Both the position numbers and the translations under genes were made by a program. The notes beneath the pieces are model-generated. The model made no database searches. It saw only the letters and a list, made by a program, of their open reading frames with translations, and was not told where the DNA came from. From an uncultured Eubacteriales bacterium (GTDB lineage: Bacteria; Bacillota; Clostridia; Oscillospirales; Acutalibacteraceae), in assembly GCA_900315875.1 (NCBI GenBank), contig ONAX01000009.1, positions 4,009 through 68,008 on the forward strand: DNA of 64,000 bases, read 5' to 3'. Position 1 is the first letter of the stretch. The number at the start of each line of letters is the position of its first letter. Shown here piece after piece: positions 54,931 through 64,000 of the stretch.

Positions 54931-56616
54931 TTATTTCACAAAAGACATTGATGTGACGTCGAACAATCCGCTGTCCGTTATGCGCAGCTCAGGGATAACC
55001 GGCAGAGCCATGAACGAAAGGGTAATGAACGGATCAATGTCCTTTGAAACACCCATGTCATACGCCTTTCTGATTATCTCATCAAGAGCAGGGATGAAAC
55101 GATCTGTCGGCTCAGTGCTCATCAGTCCGCCAAGACGAAGCGGAAGGCTGCCTATTACCTCACCGTCGCATACTATCGTATAGCCGCCGCCGATCCGTAT
55201 GAGCTCGCTGACCGCCGCCTTCATGTCTGCATCGTTGTCTCCGATCATGACTATATTGTGGCTGTCGTGTGCGACTGTTGTTGCAATAGCTCCGTGCGAC
55301 AGTCCGTACCCTTTGATATAGGCTGCCGAATGGAATCCGGTTGCATTGTGGCGCTCAATAACTGCGATTTTTCGTATTTCGCCGTTTCTGATACCTCTTT
55401 CAAGCTCATCTGCGCTCATTTCAAGCTTTTTAGTAACTATCTGACCGCCGATTATTCCGATAACGCTGTATCTGTCCTGCTTTTTAATCGTGAAATCAAG
55501 TTTTTCAACGTCGCCGCAGTTTACATCCGAGAGCAGCTCACTTCTGTAGCGGATTTTCCTCGGAGCTCCAAGCTCCGAAACAGGGACGCCATCCTTATAG
55601 ACATCGAAAACCTCCATGCTTTCGAGATCGTTTACTATTACAATATCAGCCTTGTATCCGCACCCCAGAGCGCCGATTCCTTTAAGCCCGTATATTCTTG
55701 CAGCATTCAGTGTTCCTATGCGCACTGCGGTAACAGGATCCATGCCAAGAGCAATGGCGCGGCGGATATTGTAGCGGATAGTACCATCACGTCGTATGTC
55801 CGCCAGGTGCTTGTCGTCCGTGCAGAATGCAAGACGGGAAGTGTCTATATTGCTGTCAATAACGCCGGGAATGATGGCGTCGAGATTCCGGCTTGCGGAG
55901 CCCTCACGGATCAGCACAGCCATTCCGCAGCGCAGCTTTTCAAGCGCTTCCTCAAAGGTGATGCTCTCGTGGTCGGTTTTGACACCGGCGCACACATAAG
56001 CATTGAGTGCCTTTCCGCCGCCCATCGGGAAATGTCCGTCGATAATCATTTCTTCAAAGGCTTCGAGCTTGTCCAGAACATCGGGGTCACATTCCAGAAG
56101 TCCGACGAAGTTCATCATTTCGCCAAGACCAAGTATATGCGGATCATTTTTAAGAGCGGTCAGCTCCCATGCGTCGAGATTTGCTCCTGAATGCTCAAAT
56201 GGAGTACACGGAACGCAGGACGGAAGCATTATGTAGTAATTGATGTTTGTACGCTTAGCCGCTTCAAGAATATTCCTCAGCGCAAGCAGACCGCCGACGT
56301 TTCCTATTTCATGCGGATCGGTAATGATGGTAGTTGTACCCTGGCGCAGTTCCTCGGCTGCATAGTATTCGGGCGCTGTCATTGAGGATTCTACGTGAAC
56401 ATGAGCGTTGATGAAGCCGGGACAGATGTATTTTCCCCTGACGTCCCTTTCTACGGTACCCTCATACTCACCGATACCCAGAATAAGTCCGTCCTTTACT
56501 GCAAGGTCACCTTCGATTATCTCGCCTGTAAAAACATTTATTATTTGTCCGTTTTTAAGCACAAGGTCAGCTTTTATATTTCCCTTTGCCGCTTTTATAA
56601 TAGTCTGTCTGTTCAT
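54931..56616 (-). CDS. ade: Adenine deaminase
   Basis: Amidohydrolase metal motif GFINAHVHVESSM and overall adenine-deaminase layout, 561 aa. Confidence 0.9.
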   Translation of the reverse strand: MNRQTIIKAAKGNIKADLVLKNGQIINVFTGEIIEGDLAVKDGLILGIGEYEGTVERDVRGKYICPGFINAHVHVESSMTAPEYYAAEELRQGTTTIITDPHEIGNVGGLLALRNILEAAKRTNINYYIMLPSCVPCTPFEHSGANLDAWELTALKNDPHILGLGEMMNFVGLLECDPDVLDKLEAFEEMIIDGHFPMGGGKALNAYVCAGVKTDHESITFEEALEKLRCGMAVLIREGSASRNLDAIIPGVIDSNIDTSRLAFCTDDKHLADIRRDGTIRYNIRRAIALGMDPVTAVRIGTLNAARIYGLKGIGALGCGYKADIVIVNDLESMEVFDVYKDGVPVSELGAPRKIRYRSELLSDVNCGDVEKLDFTIKKQDRYSVIGIIGGQIVTKKLEMSADELERGIRNGEIRKIAVIERHNATGFHSAAYIKGYGLSHGAIATTVAHDSHNIVMIGDNDADMKAAVSELIRIGGGYTIVCDGEVIGSLPLRLGGLMSTEPTDRFIPALDEIIRKAYDMGVSKDIDPFITLSFMALPVIPELRITDSGLFDVTSMSFVK

Positions 56617-56631
56617 TTTTTCCTCCCATAT

Positions 56632-57831
56632 CTATTCCGCCAAAATAAATTCTTCATAGTTTTTTGTCAGCTCTTCCCAGTGTCGGGATGTTGTGCTGTA
56701 TGCTTCTTCAGCCTTTATTCCGTTTGTTGTGATATCAAGATATTTCTGGATAAGCTGCCGGAGCTCAGGTATACTGCCATCGTCAACGGCATAATATTTT
56801 GTTCCGTTGCATGCTACAGTGAAAAAGCACACTACACGAAAATCACCCTTTACCTTTTCTGCCGGAACTTCGTAGCCAACGTTTATTTCCTTGCTGTACT
56901 TTTCAAAGTGACATTCCTGTATAAGCTCCTGCATGCGCTCAAGGTCATCCCGACTAATCTTTGTCTTTGCCTTTGCCTTATATTCCTCAAAACGGTCCTC
57001 GCCTTCCTTGTCAAAGGTGGAATAGCTTCCCATAACACTGACTCTGCCGCTTGCGTCTACGCTCAGGCATGTCTGGAAACCCTGCCACGTCGGGTCGTCC
57101 ACACCGTAAAGCTCCTCGTAGTACCGGAACATCGATACTCCGTCGAAGTCACCCTCGCTGATATAATCATTTGGCGGCTCGGAAAAGTCGAAAACCATGT
57201 TGTCTTCCGCCTTCCATTTGCTAACCATAGTATCGAACTTTTCTCTGTCCTCACGGCGTATCATATCAGAAGCAAAGTGGATAAGCTCTGTACAGCTTCT
57301 GGACTGAACCGGATATTTTGAAGCCGAGTTCTCACACATTTTTTCGGTAACGAGATAAGAGTTTTCACCGCTTACGACTGACACCGACGGATACGCAGAC
57401 CAGTCTGCACTCCACTGATTCATATCACTGATAATACGTATTCCTGATTCATCAATCCGTTTTTTCAGCTCGGTGAAATTCTCGTCGGGAAGGTCGGTTT
57501 CCAGAACAGGGGGCATTCCTTTGAAGTTTCTGATTTCCTCAGGAGGAATATATTTTACCTGCGCAGTACCGTCAGCAAAAACCGTGATCTGAATATTATC
57601 CTCATCGCAGCCTGTATAATCATCTCCCGGCAAAAGCTCATAATCCGGATACAGTCCCTCGCTGTAGCGCATCATTATGCCCTCGGACGGAAGCTCAAGC
57701 TTCATCTGTTCATTGATATGACGATTGCGTACATCGTTACGAAAAGCAACTACCAATATCAAAACTGAAAAGAACAAAAGAATAACGGCAGCGAAAACCG
57801 ATACAATAATAGCTATAGTTCTTGTTTTCAC
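56632..57831 (-). CDS. Hypothetical membrane-anchored protein (399 aa)
   Basis: One N-terminal TM helix then an acidic extracytoplasmic domain. No family recognised. Lies 15 nt upstream of ade. Confidence 0.6.
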   Translation of the reverse strand: MKTRTIAIIVSVFAAVILLFFSVLILVVAFRNDVRNRHINEQMKLELPSEGIMMRYSEGLYPDYELLPGDDYTGCDEDNIQITVFADGTAQVKYIPPEEIRNFKGMPPVLETDLPDENFTELKKRIDESGIRIISDMNQWSADWSAYPSVSVVSGENSYLVTEKMCENSASKYPVQSRSCTELIHFASDMIRREDREKFDTMVSKWKAEDNMVFDFSEPPNDYISEGDFDGVSMFRYYEELYGVDDPTWQGFQTCLSVDASGRVSVMGSYSTFDKEGEDRFEEYKAKAKTKISRDDLERMQELIQECHFEKYSKEINVGYEVPAEKVKGDFRVVCFFTVACNGTKYYAVDDGSIPELRQLIQKYLDITTNGIKAEEAYSTTSRHWEELTKNYEEFILAE

Positions 57832-58008
57832 AGAGCTTCTCCCCTGTCACTAAGTTTATATTTCAATTGTATCATCATAACTCTGATAAGTCAATGCCGC
57901 TGCAAACTCAGGCCGACAAGCCGACGGTGCTTGATTATTTGAGAAATTTGTGATAGAATAGTATACGGAGGATTGTACCTCCTATATATAGTGAAGGGTG
58001 GAGTAACA

Positions 58009-58722
58009 ATGAGCATGGGAAAAATCCTCGTAGTTGACGATGATATAAATATCTGTGAGCTGCTGAGGTTGTATATTGAAAAGGAAGGCTATGACGTTAT
58101 TATTGCAAATGACGGCGGTCAGGCGGTAACAAAATTCAAAACCGAAAAACCGAACCTGGTCATGCTCGATATAATGCTGCCTGTTCTCGATGGCTGGCAG
58201 GTGTGCAGAGAGATACGCAAGACCTCACAGTGCCCGATAATTATGCTGACGGCAAAGGGCGAGGTTTTCGATAAGGTTCTCGGACTTGAGCTCGGCGCTG
58301 ATGACTACGTTGTCAAGCCTTTTGAAACAAAGGAAATTGTCGCAAGAATAAAAGCTGTTCTGCGCAGAGTGAACGACGGCGGATCTGTACAGACAGAAGC
58401 AAGACAGCCCAATAAGGAAGTAAGCTATGATAAGCTTATCATCAACCTGACAAACTATGAGCTCAGAGTAAACGGCGAGCAGATAGATACACCGCCTAAG
58501 GAAATGGAGCTTATCTATCACCTTGCAAGTAATCCGAACAGAGTTTTTACGCGCGACCAGCTCCTCGACGAGGTCTGGGGCTTCGATTATTACGGCGATT
58601 CAAGAACCGTTGACGTTCACGTAAAAAGACTCAGAGAAAAGCTTGAGGGCGTGTCGGATAAATGGGCACTCAAGACCGTATGGGGAGTAGGTTATAAATT
58701 TGAAGTTAAGGATAAAGAGTAA
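58009..58722 (+). CDS. OmpR-family response regulator
   Basis: ILVVDDD..., MLDIMLPVLDG receiver and winged-helix VWGFDYYGDSRTVDVHVKRLREKL. Confidence 0.9.
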   Translation: MSMGKILVVDDDINICELLRLYIEKEGYDVIIANDGGQAVTKFKTEKPNLVMLDIMLPVLDGWQVCREIRKTSQCPIIMLTAKGEVFDKVLGLELGADDYVVKPFETKEIVARIKAVLRRVNDGGSVQTEARQPNKEVSYDKLIINLTNYELRVNGEQIDTPPKEMELIYHLASNPNRVFTRDQLLDEVWGFDYYGDSRTVDVHVKRLREKLEGVSDKWALKTVWGVGYKFEVKDKE

Positions 58723-60295
58723 ATTTGACGTTATTACAAAAAAATCCCTCTTCGGTAAATATATTAACGTCAGCGTTCTCATAGTATTTCTGAGCTTTCT
58801 GGTGCTCGGCGTTATCCTGACTATCGCAATATCCAATTACTGGGCAAATGAAAAATATCTGCAGCTTGACACAAGAGCGCAGAATTACGCAGAATTCATA
58901 CGTGAAAACGCCGCAGTAAACGAACCCATCAGCGAAAATGCCAGCCCGAGCGCACGTATCAATAATATACAGAATATCAAAAACCTGCTCAGCTTTATCG
59001 CAAGAGACGCAGGAGTCGATATTCTTGTCGAAACAACCGAAGGCTATGTGCCTGTTGTTGTAAAGGGCAATACCCCATCATCACAGGACCAGCCCGACGA
59101 CAACAAGAATATCTATGAAAAAATGGCGCTTACTACCGAGATACCTGACGCAGTTGCTGAAAACGGCAGTTACTTTGCTACGGGAAAGCTGGAAAATCAT
59201 TATACAAACGACCGCTATATCGCAGCGCGCCCGATAACGTATCTCAGTAATCCGAACAGCGATACGCCTATCGTTATGGGAATAGTTATCGTTACTGCAC
59301 CGACTGAGGACATTTCTGATTTCACGGACATGGTGCTGAAAATATTCGTGCTGTCGGCTATTGCGGCACTGGCAATCTCCCTTTTCGCAATCGGACTGTT
59401 TTCATACAACCTTGTGCGCCCGCTTAAACAGATGGCGCAGGCCGCAAAGCAGTTCGGACGAGGCGATTTCAGCGTCAGGGTTTCCGAAACCAGCAACGAC
59501 GAAATCGGAGAGCTTGCCGTCGCATTCAACAATATGGCGGAATCTCTTTCCAGCTCGGAAACAACCAGAAAAAGCTTTGTTGCGAACGTTTCCCATGAGC
59601 TGAAAACTCCTATGACAACTATCGCCGGATTTATTGACGGTATTCTGGACGGCACGATCCCGCCGGAAAAGCACAACTACTACCTTTCAATAGTATCCGA
59701 GGAAATAAAACGACTGTCGCGTCTGGTGCGCTCCATGCTCGACCTTTCAAGAATTGACAGCGGCGAGCTGAAAATCAATTACCAGAATTTCGACCTGTTT
59801 TCAATGCTTGTTACAATCGTAATAACCTTTGAACAGGAAATAGAGAAGCGCAATATCGAAATACGCGGACTTGACCGCATAACTCCTAAGATAGTCTACG
59901 GCGACAAGGACCTTATTCACCAGGTTGTATATAACCTGATAGAAAATGCCGTAAAATTCACCAATGAGGGCGGCTATATCGCCTTTACAATAATCGAGGA
60001 CGCAGACAGAACGACATTCACCGTAACAAACAGCGGTACAGGTATAAAGAAATCCGAAATACCGCTGGTGTTCGAGCGTTTTTACAAAACGGATAAATCG
60101 CGCAGCAAGGACAAGAAGGGACTCGGTCTCGGACTGTATCTTGTAAAGAGCATAATACGACTGCACGGCGGTGAAATAGAAGCAGACAGCGAATACGGTG
60201 AATTCACACGTTTCCGCTTCTATCTGCCGAGAAAAAAGGACAGCGCAAAACGCGCAAAGACAGATCCGAAGGGTCTGAAGGAGGCTGAAAAATGA
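58700..60295 (+). CDS. Sensor histidine kinase (2 TM, HAMP, HisKA, HATPase)
   Basis: H-box FVANVSHELKTPMTTI, N-box NLIENAVKF and G-box GLGLGLYLVKSI. TTG start overlaps the regulator's end. Confidence 0.85.
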   Translation: MKLRIKSKFDVITKKSLFGKYINVSVLIVFLSFLVLGVILTIAISNYWANEKYLQLDTRAQNYAEFIRENAAVNEPISENASPSARINNIQNIKNLLSFIARDAGVDILVETTEGYVPVVVKGNTPSSQDQPDDNKNIYEKMALTTEIPDAVAENGSYFATGKLENHYTNDRYIAARPITYLSNPNSDTPIVMGIVIVTAPTEDISDFTDMVLKIFVLSAIAALAISLFAIGLFSYNLVRPLKQMAQAAKQFGRGDFSVRVSETSNDEIGELAVAFNNMAESLSSSETTRKSFVANVSHELKTPMTTIAGFIDGILDGTIPPEKHNYYLSIVSEEIKRLSRLVRSMLDLSRIDSGELKINYQNFDLFSMLVTIVITFEQEIEKRNIEIRGLDRITPKIVYGDKDLIHQVVYNLIENAVKFTNEGGYIAFTIIEDADRTTFTVTNSGTGIKKSEIPLVFERFYKTDKSRSKDKKGLGLGLYLVKSIIRLHGGEIEADSEYGEFTRFRFYLPRKKDSAKRAKTDPKGLKEAEK

Positions 60296-61656
60296 ACAAT
60301 CCCTATGGCTCAAACGAATACTGGGGAGAGGGTTACTATCCTCAGGGATATGACCAGTACGGCGATACGTCGTATTATCAGGCACCGGGCTACAATAATA
60401 TAGCCGCACAGTTCAATTCTCCCGGATCTCCGTATTCGCCTTATGCATATCCGCAGTACCAGAAAAAGAAAAGCTCAACCCTTAAGATAGTGCTCATCAT
60501 CTCACTGATTTTAGGAGTTTTACTCATTATCTTCGGTCTGATAATAGGCTGTCTTGTTCTGCTGATACATTCTGTTTCAAATTATGACATAAGCGACGGC
60601 AGAATACGCCAGTATTCGTATGATGAAAATCCGATACTTCCGAATTCTCCGGACGCCGCGGCTGATATCAACGGCCCGCAGATTTCCGCAGTGGAAACCT
60701 CAGGCGTTTATTCCGAAAACACTAAGGTTGCAAGCGATGTTTATTCAAAGGCTTCTCCGTCTATAGTATGTATTACATCGTACAAAAAAGGCGGCGATTA
60801 TACCCTCGACGCAGAGGGCGAAGGCTCCGGAATAATCTTCTCGGCAGACGGCTATATTGTCACAAACAGCCATGTTGTGGACGATTCCAAGCAAACCGGC
60901 GTTGCCGTAATGCTTGCAGACGGTACACAGTATCTCGGAACCGTTATAGGTATCGATGTCAAAACAGATCTTGCCGTTGTAAAGATCGACAGCAAGGAGC
61001 TTCCCCCGGCTGAATTTGCAAATTCGTCATCACTTGTGGTCGGTCAGGAGGTCTTTGCAATAGGCAACCCCGGCGGATCAGCCTTTTCCAATTCACTGAC
61101 CAAGGGTACAATATCAGCTCTTGACAGAGTTATCGAAGGCGACAGCTATCTGAGGTATATACAAACCGACGCTGCCATAAACCCCGGAAATTCCGGCGGC
61201 GCACTTGTTAACGAAATCGGTCAGGTTATCGGTATTAACACAGCAAAGATAGTGGCAAGCGGATATGAGGGTATGGGCTTTGCAATACCCAGCAATACGG
61301 TAATAGAAATTGCCAACAAGCTTGTGCGCTACGGCTATGTGAACGACAGAGGTACTCTCGGCGTGGACGGCACAACCGTATCGCTGTACAGTGCAAAGAC
61401 AAACAATGTTCCTCAGGGAATGATGATAACCTCCATTTCAAGTGAAAGTCCGCTAAAAAAGACCGACGCCCAGGTTGATGATATCATTACCCATATCGAA
61501 GGCAAGCGTGTATTCACAGCATCAGATGTCACCGAGGTTCTGAAGGAATACAGTCCGGGCGACGTAATTGAGCTGACAATATTCCACCCTGAATCCGGCG
61601 GCGGAAAGGAATTTACAGTCAAAGTAAAGCTTCTTTCCGACACAGGGTCAGAATAA
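60292..61656 (+). CDS. htrA: HtrA/DegP-family serine protease with PDZ domain
   Basis: Catalytic TNSHVV, DLAVVKI and GNSGGALVN. One TM helix and a Tyr/Pro/Gln-rich N-terminus. Confidence 0.9.
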   Translation: MNNPYGSNEYWGEGYYPQGYDQYGDTSYYQAPGYNNIAAQFNSPGSPYSPYAYPQYQKKKSSTLKIVLIISLILGVLLIIFGLIIGCLVLLIHSVSNYDISDGRIRQYSYDENPILPNSPDAAADINGPQISAVETSGVYSENTKVASDVYSKASPSIVCITSYKKGGDYTLDAEGEGSGIIFSADGYIVTNSHVVDDSKQTGVAVMLADGTQYLGTVIGIDVKTDLAVVKIDSKELPPAEFANSSSLVVGQEVFAIGNPGGSAFSNSLTKGTISALDRVIEGDSYLRYIQTDAAINPGNSGGALVNEIGQVIGINTAKIVASGYEGMGFAIPSNTVIEIANKLVRYGYVNDRGTLGVDGTTVSLYSAKTNNVPQGMMITSISSESPLKKTDAQVDDIITHIEGKRVFTASDVTEVLKEYSPGDVIELTIFHPESGGGKEFTVKVKLLSDTGSE

Positions 61657-61698
61657 GGGAATAACGAAAAAAATATTATCCAATTTGTAAAAAAACTA

Positions 61699-61727
61699 TT
61701 GAAAAATACAACATGTTGTGGTATTAT
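61699..61727 (+). promoter_or_regulatory. Sigma-70 promoter (extended -10) of the candidate sRNA
   Basis: TTGAAA, 17 nt, TGgTATTAT. Confidence 0.6.
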
Positions 61728-61733
61728 ATAGTT

Positions 61734-61828
61734 ACACCACTAAGATTACTAATCACCCCTTTGTTGTTTTTTCATTATCCCTTCCTTTGTACAGGGCACA
61801 GTCTGTTGGCTGTGCTCTGTACATTTTT
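61734..61828 (+). ncRNA. Candidate ~95-nt sRNA with C/U-rich (anti-SD-like) motifs
   Basis: Promoter-to-terminator unit with no ATG. Contains CACCCCUUU and AUCCCUUCCUUU ahead of a 14-bp terminator stem. Confidence 0.5.
61788..61828 (+). terminator. Strong intrinsic terminator
   Basis: TGTACAGGGCACAG-N8-CTGTGCTCTGTACA followed by TTTTT. Confidence 0.8.
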
Positions 61829-61838
61829 GCGTCCAGAC

Positions 61839-61867
61839 AAAAAAACAGCCGGGATAATCCCCGACTG
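61839..61867 (-). terminator. Intrinsic terminator after the AbrB-family gene
   Basis: Minus strand: CAGTCGGGG-ATTATC-CCGGCTG followed by T7. Confidence 0.6.
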
Positions 61868-61904
61868 CTGTCATTCCGATTCAGTGCACGCAGAAGGCAC
61901 GCGC

Positions 61905-62153
61905 TTACCTGGCTCCCTTCAGCTCCTCAATACATGATGCACATACGCTCTGATCCTTATATGTTATGATATTTTCCGCCTCGCCGCAGAACACACAAGC
62001 CGGACGGTACTTCCTGATAACAACGCTTTCGTTATCGAGGAAAAATTCAACAGAATCCACACCGCTTGTTATTCCGAGGCTTTTTCTTATATCCGACGGA
62101 AGGACCAGTCTTCCCAGCTTATCGATCTGTCTTACATATCCTACAGCTCTCAT
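61905..62153 (-). CDS. AbrB/SpoVT-family transition-state regulator with C-terminal 4-Cys tail
   Basis: VGYVRQIDKLGRLVLPSDIRKSLGI swapped-hairpin domain, then CVFCG...CASC. ATG at 62153 lies 7 nt after AAGGAGG. Confidence 0.85.
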   Translation of the reverse strand: MRAVGYVRQIDKLGRLVLPSDIRKSLGITSGVDSVEFFLDNESVVIRKYRPACVFCGEAENIITYKDQSVCASCIEELKGAR

Positions 62154-62200
62154 ATTCATACCTCCTTGTAATTCAAAATTCATGGATTCTTTGTATCCTA

Positions 62201-62229
62201 ATTTTACTATTTATTTCCAAAAATGTCAA
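62201..62229 (-). promoter_or_regulatory. Sigma-70 promoter of the AbrB-family gene
   Basis: Minus strand: TTGACA, 17 nt, TAAAAT. Confidence 0.6.
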
Positions 62230-62716
62230 TAGAAAAATTGAATTTTTTGTCAAAAAAGCAAGTCACAATTGCATTATTGTACCTATTTGTAACAATAATC
62301 CCACAAAGAATATTGAAATAACCGATATTTAAGCTATTTTTGTCGTTTTTTGTACAATTTCGTCGCTTTGCATCAATACTATAACCACTTTTTTCGTATA
62401 AGGCGAAATTATTCAAATTGGTAATTATTATGTAAAAAAGGTATTAATTCGGGACGATTATCTGAATAATACAGCGATATATAAGTTTTAATTATGCATC
62501 GCCAATCACATTTATTTGCAGAAAAAGCAAAACCATTCTTTTTCTTTTTTCAAACGCTGATACACCCGGAAAGATTAATATTTTTTAAAACAGTTTTATT
62601 TGCCCGGAAAATATGTTATAATACAGTCATCAGATCAATGCAGCCGCATGCGGTAATAAAGAATGTCGGCACAGGACTGCTAACGGCCTGCAACATAATA
62701 ACAGGAGGCAAAACCC

Positions 62717-63883
62717 ATGATTAAAGATGTAACTGAAAATGTAAAGTATATCGGTGCGGACGACCCGGAGCTGGAGCTTTTTGAAAGCCAGTACCACCTG
62801 CCGGAGGGCATGTGCTACAATTCCTATGTCATTCTCGATGAAAAGATCGCCGTACTGGATACGATAGACGAAAGAAAAACCGACGAATGGTTCGATAACC
62901 TCGACAAGGCTCTCGGCGGCAGAAAGCCCGATTACCTTGTAATCAGCCATCTCGAGCCTGACCACGCAGCAAATATTGCAAACGCTGCTGCAAAATACCC
63001 TGAAATGAAGCTTGTCGGAAATGCAAAGACCTTTGCTATGCTTCCGCAGTTTTTCGACATCGATGTTGAAAACAGAAAGGTTGTCGTAAAGGAAAAAGAC
63101 AGCCTCGATCTTGGCGGACACAAGCTCACATTCTACACTGCACCCATGGTACACTGGCCCGAGGTAATGGTCTGCTTCGAGGAAACAGAAAAGATTCTCT
63201 TCTCCGCTGACGCATTCGGAAAATTCGGCGTAATGGATGCCGAGCCGGACGACTGGGCATGCGAGGCAAGAAGATATTACTTCAATATCTGCGGCAAATA
63301 CGGCGCACAGGTACAGGGTCTGCTCAAAAAAGCCGCTGCCCTTGACATAAAGACAATCTGTCCCCTGCATGGCCCCATTCTGACAGAAAACCTCAGCTAC
63401 TACATAGGTCTGTATGACACATGGAGCAAATACGAAGCTGAAACAGACGGCATTTTCATTGCATACGGCTCAATTCACGGCGGTACGAAGAAGGCTGCTG
63501 AAAAGCTGTATGAAATTCTCAGCGCAAAGACAGACAAGAAGATTTCCATCTCCGATCTGTCACGCAGCGATATGCACGAAAACATTGAGGATGCATTCCG
63601 CTACAGCAAGATGGTCATGCTTGCACCGAGCTATGACGGCGGTCTCTTCCCCCCGGCTGCTGATTTCATCAACCTGCTGAAATCAAAGACATACCGCAGC
63701 CGCAAGGTAGCTCTGGTAGAGAATTTCTCCTGGGCAGCATCTGCAGGAAGAGTCATGAAGGAAGCATTCGAGGGCATGAAGGACGTCACCCTTATCGGCG
63801 ACACGGTTTCTATCAAATCCACAGTCAAGCCCGCCGACATTGAGCGGCTCGAAGCACTTGCAGACGCAGTAATAAATGCATAA
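62717..63883 (+). CDS. fprA: FprA-type flavodiiron protein (metallo-beta-lactamase-like plus flavodoxin domains)
   Basis: Di-iron motif SHLEPDHAAN and a C-terminal flavodoxin-like domain. AGGAGG SD. Confidence 0.9.
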   Translation: MIKDVTENVKYIGADDPELELFESQYHLPEGMCYNSYVILDEKIAVLDTIDERKTDEWFDNLDKALGGRKPDYLVISHLEPDHAANIANAAAKYPEMKLVGNAKTFAMLPQFFDIDVENRKVVVKEKDSLDLGGHKLTFYTAPMVHWPEVMVCFEETEKILFSADAFGKFGVMDAEPDDWACEARRYYFNICGKYGAQVQGLLKKAAALDIKTICPLHGPILTENLSYYIGLYDTWSKYEAETDGIFIAYGSIHGGTKKAAEKLYEILSAKTDKKISISDLSRSDMHENIEDAFRYSKMVMLAPSYDGGLFPPAADFINLLKSKTYRSRKVALVENFSWAASAGRVMKEAFEGMKDVTLIGDTVSIKSTVKPADIERLEALADAVINA

Positions 63884-63896
63884 GCAATAATACCAA

Positions 63897-63939
63897 AGGC
63901 ACCGCACGGATCAATTTTCCGGCGGTGCCTTGATTTTTT
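63897..63939 (+). terminator. Intrinsic terminator after fprA
   Basis: AGGCACCGC-N15-GCGGTGCCT followed by TGATTTTTT. Confidence 0.7.
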
Positions 63940-64000
63940 ATTTATTTGAGTGTAAGCCTTACTCTCAGTGTTCCGTTTTCCTCATTCCGCAGTATTTTTA

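Noticed and set aside
56617-56631. Purine riboswitch ahead of adenine deaminase
   Set aside because: Only 15 nt separate ade from the upstream gene, so there is no room for an aptamer.
55258-57321. 310-aa and 308-aa ORFs antisense to adenine deaminase and the 399-aa hypothetical gene
   Set aside because: Both are embedded opposite long, well-supported or SD-preceded genes. They have low-complexity, Cys/Phe-rich translations and no start context.
61713-61937. 74-aa ORF from the track
   Set aside because: Its ATG lies inside the spacer of the TTGAAA/TATTAT promoter, it reads through a 14-bp terminator stem, and it has no SD. The region is better explained as a non-coding RNA unit.
62494-62724. 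76-aa ORF in the abrB/fprA intergenic region
   Set aside because: It has no SD, it lies in AT-rich promoter DNA, and it overlaps the fprA RBS and start.
62630-63370. 246-aa ORF antisense to fprA
   Set aside because: It is a shadow frame of a gene with clear flavodiiron motifs.

Overview
This looks like a chromosomal segment from a Gram-positive anaerobe. It is probably a Clostridia or Ruminococcaceae-like starch degrader, but that is an inference from gene content and signal styles only.

Gene content, left to right:
- 1-8.7 kb, minus strand: a visibly AT-richer surface-glycan locus. It holds a Wzy-like polymerase, acyltransferase, two GT4 transferases, a WbpB/WbpE/WbpD-like triad and ugd.
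- 8.86-10.0 kb: a decayed junction with a frameshifted ugd remnant, an orphan terminator and a GGDEF C-terminal fragment.
- 10.1-14.2 kb: a 1347-aa secreted protein combining cystatin-like, metallophosphoesterase, CBM25/26-like and Ig-repeat domains.
- 14.8-19.8 kb: an rsgA-GNAT-ABC operon behind a leader-like micro-ORF unit.
- 20.0-22.9 kb: a cassette of S51 peptidase, Cys-motif protein, radical SAM/SPASM enzyme and membrane XRE regulator. PAP2 follows.
- 23.7-30.1 kb: a BspA-type LRR surface protein with a trailing 39-aa acidic ORF, then AraC, and a methyltransferase operon behind a perfect consensus promoter.
- 30.3-36.6 kb: a 216-bp inverted-repeat element, tRNA-Pro(UGG), an ECF sigma/anti-sigma module, bioY with a BirA-like operator, a CPBP protease and TetR.
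- 36.7-50.3 kb: glgB, a cytoplasmic GH13, and a malEFG-like transporter, lipoprotein amylase and Ca-ATPase operon.
- 50.8-53.5 kb: an orphan divergent 5S-like RNA, two small membrane proteins and oadG/oadB-like genes.
- 53.7-63.9 kb: rpsF-ssb-rpsR, adenine deaminase, an OmpR/HK/HtrA module, a candidate C-rich sRNA, an AbrB-family regulator and an FprA flavodiiron protein.

I saw no CRISPR array, transposase, integrase or phage genes.

Best candidate for an undescribed system: the translationally coupled Cys-motif protein plus stand-alone rSAM/SPASM cassette at 20.0-22.9 kb. Several short promoter-to-terminator RNA units absent from the ORF track come next.

All calls rest on by-eye motif recognition and manual translation or folding. 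No searches were run.
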